Below, in pieces: positions 61,221 through 64,000 of a stretch of DNA of 64,000 bases. Below the pieces are notes generated by a model. The model saw only the letters and a program-made list of their open reading frames with translations, had not been told where the DNA came from and ran no database searches. The translations under genes were made by a program, and so were the position numbers. This DNA comes from Lama glama (Eukaryota): NCBI GenBank assembly GCA_028534125.1, contig CM052817.1:39682001-39746000 (forward strand), written 5' to 3'. How positions within the stretch are numbered: the stretch's first letter is position 1; every line of letters begins with the position of its first letter.

Positions 61221-64000
61221 CTGAGAACAGAAAGACAAATAAATCAAAGATACTCCCAGTGGTGATTTACAAGGGTTACCTATTAACGCGTGCTGCATGG
61301 TGCCATGACACTTAGGCAGCTGGTCAGCGATGAGGCAAAGTACACCGGACTTGGAAGCACAAAGACCCAGATTTCTGGGTCAGAGGTAGACCTCTGCTCT
61401 ACCACTTAACCAGACGTGTGTTACTTTATGGAAGGAACAATCTCTCTGACGTCTGGTTAAAATAAAGAACAATTTCTCTACTCAGTTTCTTTTCAGAAGC
61501 TAGGGCTCCTCTATTCAGTATTTGGATACCATATACCTATCTTTTCCCCCGGAAAGGAAAATACTTTTTTTAAAAAAAATCTAAATCGACCTATATCTTA
61601 GCAGAAAATCAGATGGAAAATTTTAAATATCCACACAAGAAATGGTGAGGGTACTCTGCGTGTGTGGATAAATTCCTTACAGAGAAATGGGGCTCATCAG
61701 TATTCAAATCTAATCCTATTGTCTGAGAAGTCATGTTTTCATTCAAAGCACTATATTTCAAGTATTTATGATCTTCCATATTCCAAAACACACTCAGAGT
61801 AAGACAGGTAAGAAAAACATAAATTTCATTCAACAGTAGTAGTGCCGAAGTCAGCAGCATTCCTTAATTCAGAGCCTGTGAATCTTTGAACTCTCTTCAG
61901 GGTGATGAAAACACAGACCTGCCTGGGTTATAAGGACCCTGCGTGCCTTTCCTTCTTTGGGCAGCACCAAGGAACAACAAGCTCGATGAGCTGGAAGGAG
62001 ACTGGATGATCAGGGGCTACTATCTCTCTCCTAATCTAACGTTTTAGATTTTAACTCCTAGGAGACCGTGGACCAAGAACTTGCTTACTTTATACTCTGC
62101 CTGTTTAATTTTAACCCAGCTAGGCACAAATGTTTACCAAGTGCTCTCTAATGGTGATGCATGGATCATAGGTTAGCCAGTGAACCCAATGCCGTGAAGT
62201 CAGAACTTGACCTACAAACAGAAGCCTGCCTGAGCCCAGTGCAACGTTCTGGCCTCTAGAGTCAAAACTAAGACACAGCCCACCAGGACGGCCCCAACTT
62301 AAAAACAGACTTCCATCCACAAATCTGCCAGGAGGTCAGTTGTAGGAAATTTCCATGAAATCAGGTTATAAGTTGTCATTAGGTCTCCAGAATTGTCCAC
62401 AGGAGCCCTTTATCCAAATGAGCTGCCTCTAACACTTCGCAGCATTCATGTGAATTCGGACTAGTAAGAACTAAGAAAGGGAGGGAGAGACAGAAGGAAG
62501 GCCAGTCATCCTTCCCTGTGGTCCAAGCCAAAATGGACAAAAATTCAAAGTTAGCAACATTTGTCCTTTACCATCTTGACATCATTTTTAAACAATTCTC
62601 CTTCCCAGGCACCCAGGAAACCGCACACTACTCTAAGCACCCCAGCTGTGACTGGCCACCCCTAGAGACTTCAAAGTTTTACCCAGTTCCCTTTTGCCAT
62701 GGCAGCAGATCTTAGTTCTTTTTTTTTTAAACTGAAGTATAGTTGATTTACAATGTTGTGTTAGCTTCAAGTGTACAGCAAAGTGATTCAGTCATACATA
62801 TACACATATATATATATTACACATATTCTTTTTCAGATTCTTTTCCATTATAGGTTGTTATAAGATACTGAATATAGTTCTCTGTGCTATACAGTAGGTC
62901 CTTGTTTTATCTACTTTATATTATAGTAGTGTGTATATGTTAAGTGGAAACTCCTATTTTATCCCTCCCCTCCATCCTTTTCCCCTTTGGGAACCATAGT
63001 TTGTTTTCTGTCTATGAGTCTGCTTCTGGTTTGTAAATAAATTCACTTGTATCATTTTTTTTAGATTCCATATATAAGTGATATCATATGATATTTATCT
63101 TTCTCTGACTTACTTCATTTAGTATGATAATTTCTAAGTCAAGCCATTTTGCTGCAAATGGTATTATTTCCTTTTTTTGTGACTAATATTCAATGGTATA
63201 GACATACCACAACTTGTTTATCCAGTCATCTGTCGATAGACATTTAGGTTACTTCCATATCTTGACAATTGTAAACAGTGCTGCTATGAACATCTTTTCG
63301 AGTTAGAGTTTTCTCCAGATATAATCCAAGAGTGGGATTGCTGGATCATATGGTAATTCTATTTTAAGTTTTTTTAAGGAAAACCTCCATACTGTCCTTC
63401 ATGGTGGCTGCACTAATTTCCATTCCCACCAACAGTGTAGGAGGGTTCAGATCTTAGTTCTTAAGGAGGACAGCAGCCATAAATAAAAGCCAGTTTAAGA
63501 TGATACAAGTAAATTCTCACTTAATCTAGGAAAAAAAACAATCTAGACATGCTAATTCACACCTGATGGATGAATGACAAATACATCTGGAAAGGCAGTG
63601 AGCCTATTTTCTTTTTAAAGAAGAGACTAGGTAATTAAAAACAACCTTTTATTATAAAATCACATATGGCCTGATATAAGGAAATGTTAAAACTCTGAGC
63701 GTTACTTTTGCCATTCTATTCAAGCCAGTCTGACTGAGAGTCTGTCCTGGGGCTAACTCCCTTAGGCTATTTTGTTTCTCAAAGTTTTCTTCCTTTCCTT
63801 GTTATCTGAGGCTATAGATCCAAAGCTCTAAGCTTTTCAGGGCAGGAGCAGGGCTAGGGTGTCAGGCAAGAGGTAGGGGGATAAAGACTAGAAAACAATG
63901 AACAAGGAAGATACAAGAACATGGGTCACTAGGGCATCTATAAACTACAGCATTGGTAAGCCTGTCATTTCATGATGGTGGGATGTGTGTAATTTAGTTT
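61221..64000 (-). other. GPAT3: Last intron of GPAT3 (continues beyond the window)
   Basis: Lies upstream of the terminal-exon acceptor. I found no penultimate GPAT3 exon sequence in 61221-64000. Confidence 0.8.
62721..63447 (-). mobile_element. 5'-truncated lineage L1 (end of ORF2 plus 3' UTR) in the last intron of GPAT3
   Basis: Perfect 15-bp TSD cagatcttagttctt (62706-62720 and 63448-63462), a poly-T tail, and gagtgggattgctggatcatatggta ... cattcccaccaacagtgtaggagggtt. Confidence 0.93.

Noticed and set aside
1..64000. All ORFs in the supplied six-frame track (60-159 aa)
   Set aside because: None resembles a protein I recognise, many lie inside repeats, and their lengths are in the range expected by chance. 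The real GPAT3 exon is not in the track.
1..64000. Prokaryotic-type systems (CRISPR arrays, operons, defence islands)
   Set aside because: The sequence is mammalian, intron- and repeat-rich. There is no regularly spaced repeat-spacer array and no dense coding region.

Overview
Mammalian nuclear DNA, not microbial. The lineage is most likely a camelid: there are several tRNA-derived SINEs of the Vic-1 type and cetartiodactyl-type L1 3' ends, and I saw no Alu, Bov-A/BovB or PRE1. The only protein-coding sequence I can support is the last coding exon of GPAT3 (AGPAT9) on the minus strand (61109-61220), with its 3' UTR (to about 59980) and part of its last intron (61221-64000). The other ~60 kb is intergenic DNA downstream of GPAT3, densely filled with ancient and lineage-specific transposable elements; none of the ORFs in the supplied track looks like a real protein. 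I found no new multi-gene system. The most interesting signals are small: (1) an apparent retroposed, A-tailed copy of exactly the last 18 nt of mature tRNA-Phe including CCA, ending at the m1A58 position (30893-30931); (2) an L1 3' transduction 100 bp away (30640-30788); (3) two MER41-like solo LTRs, one with an intact STAT GAS site; (4) a divergent pair of CTCF-like motifs. Repeat names come from my recall of consensus sequences, not from a database search, and boundaries without TSDs are approximate.
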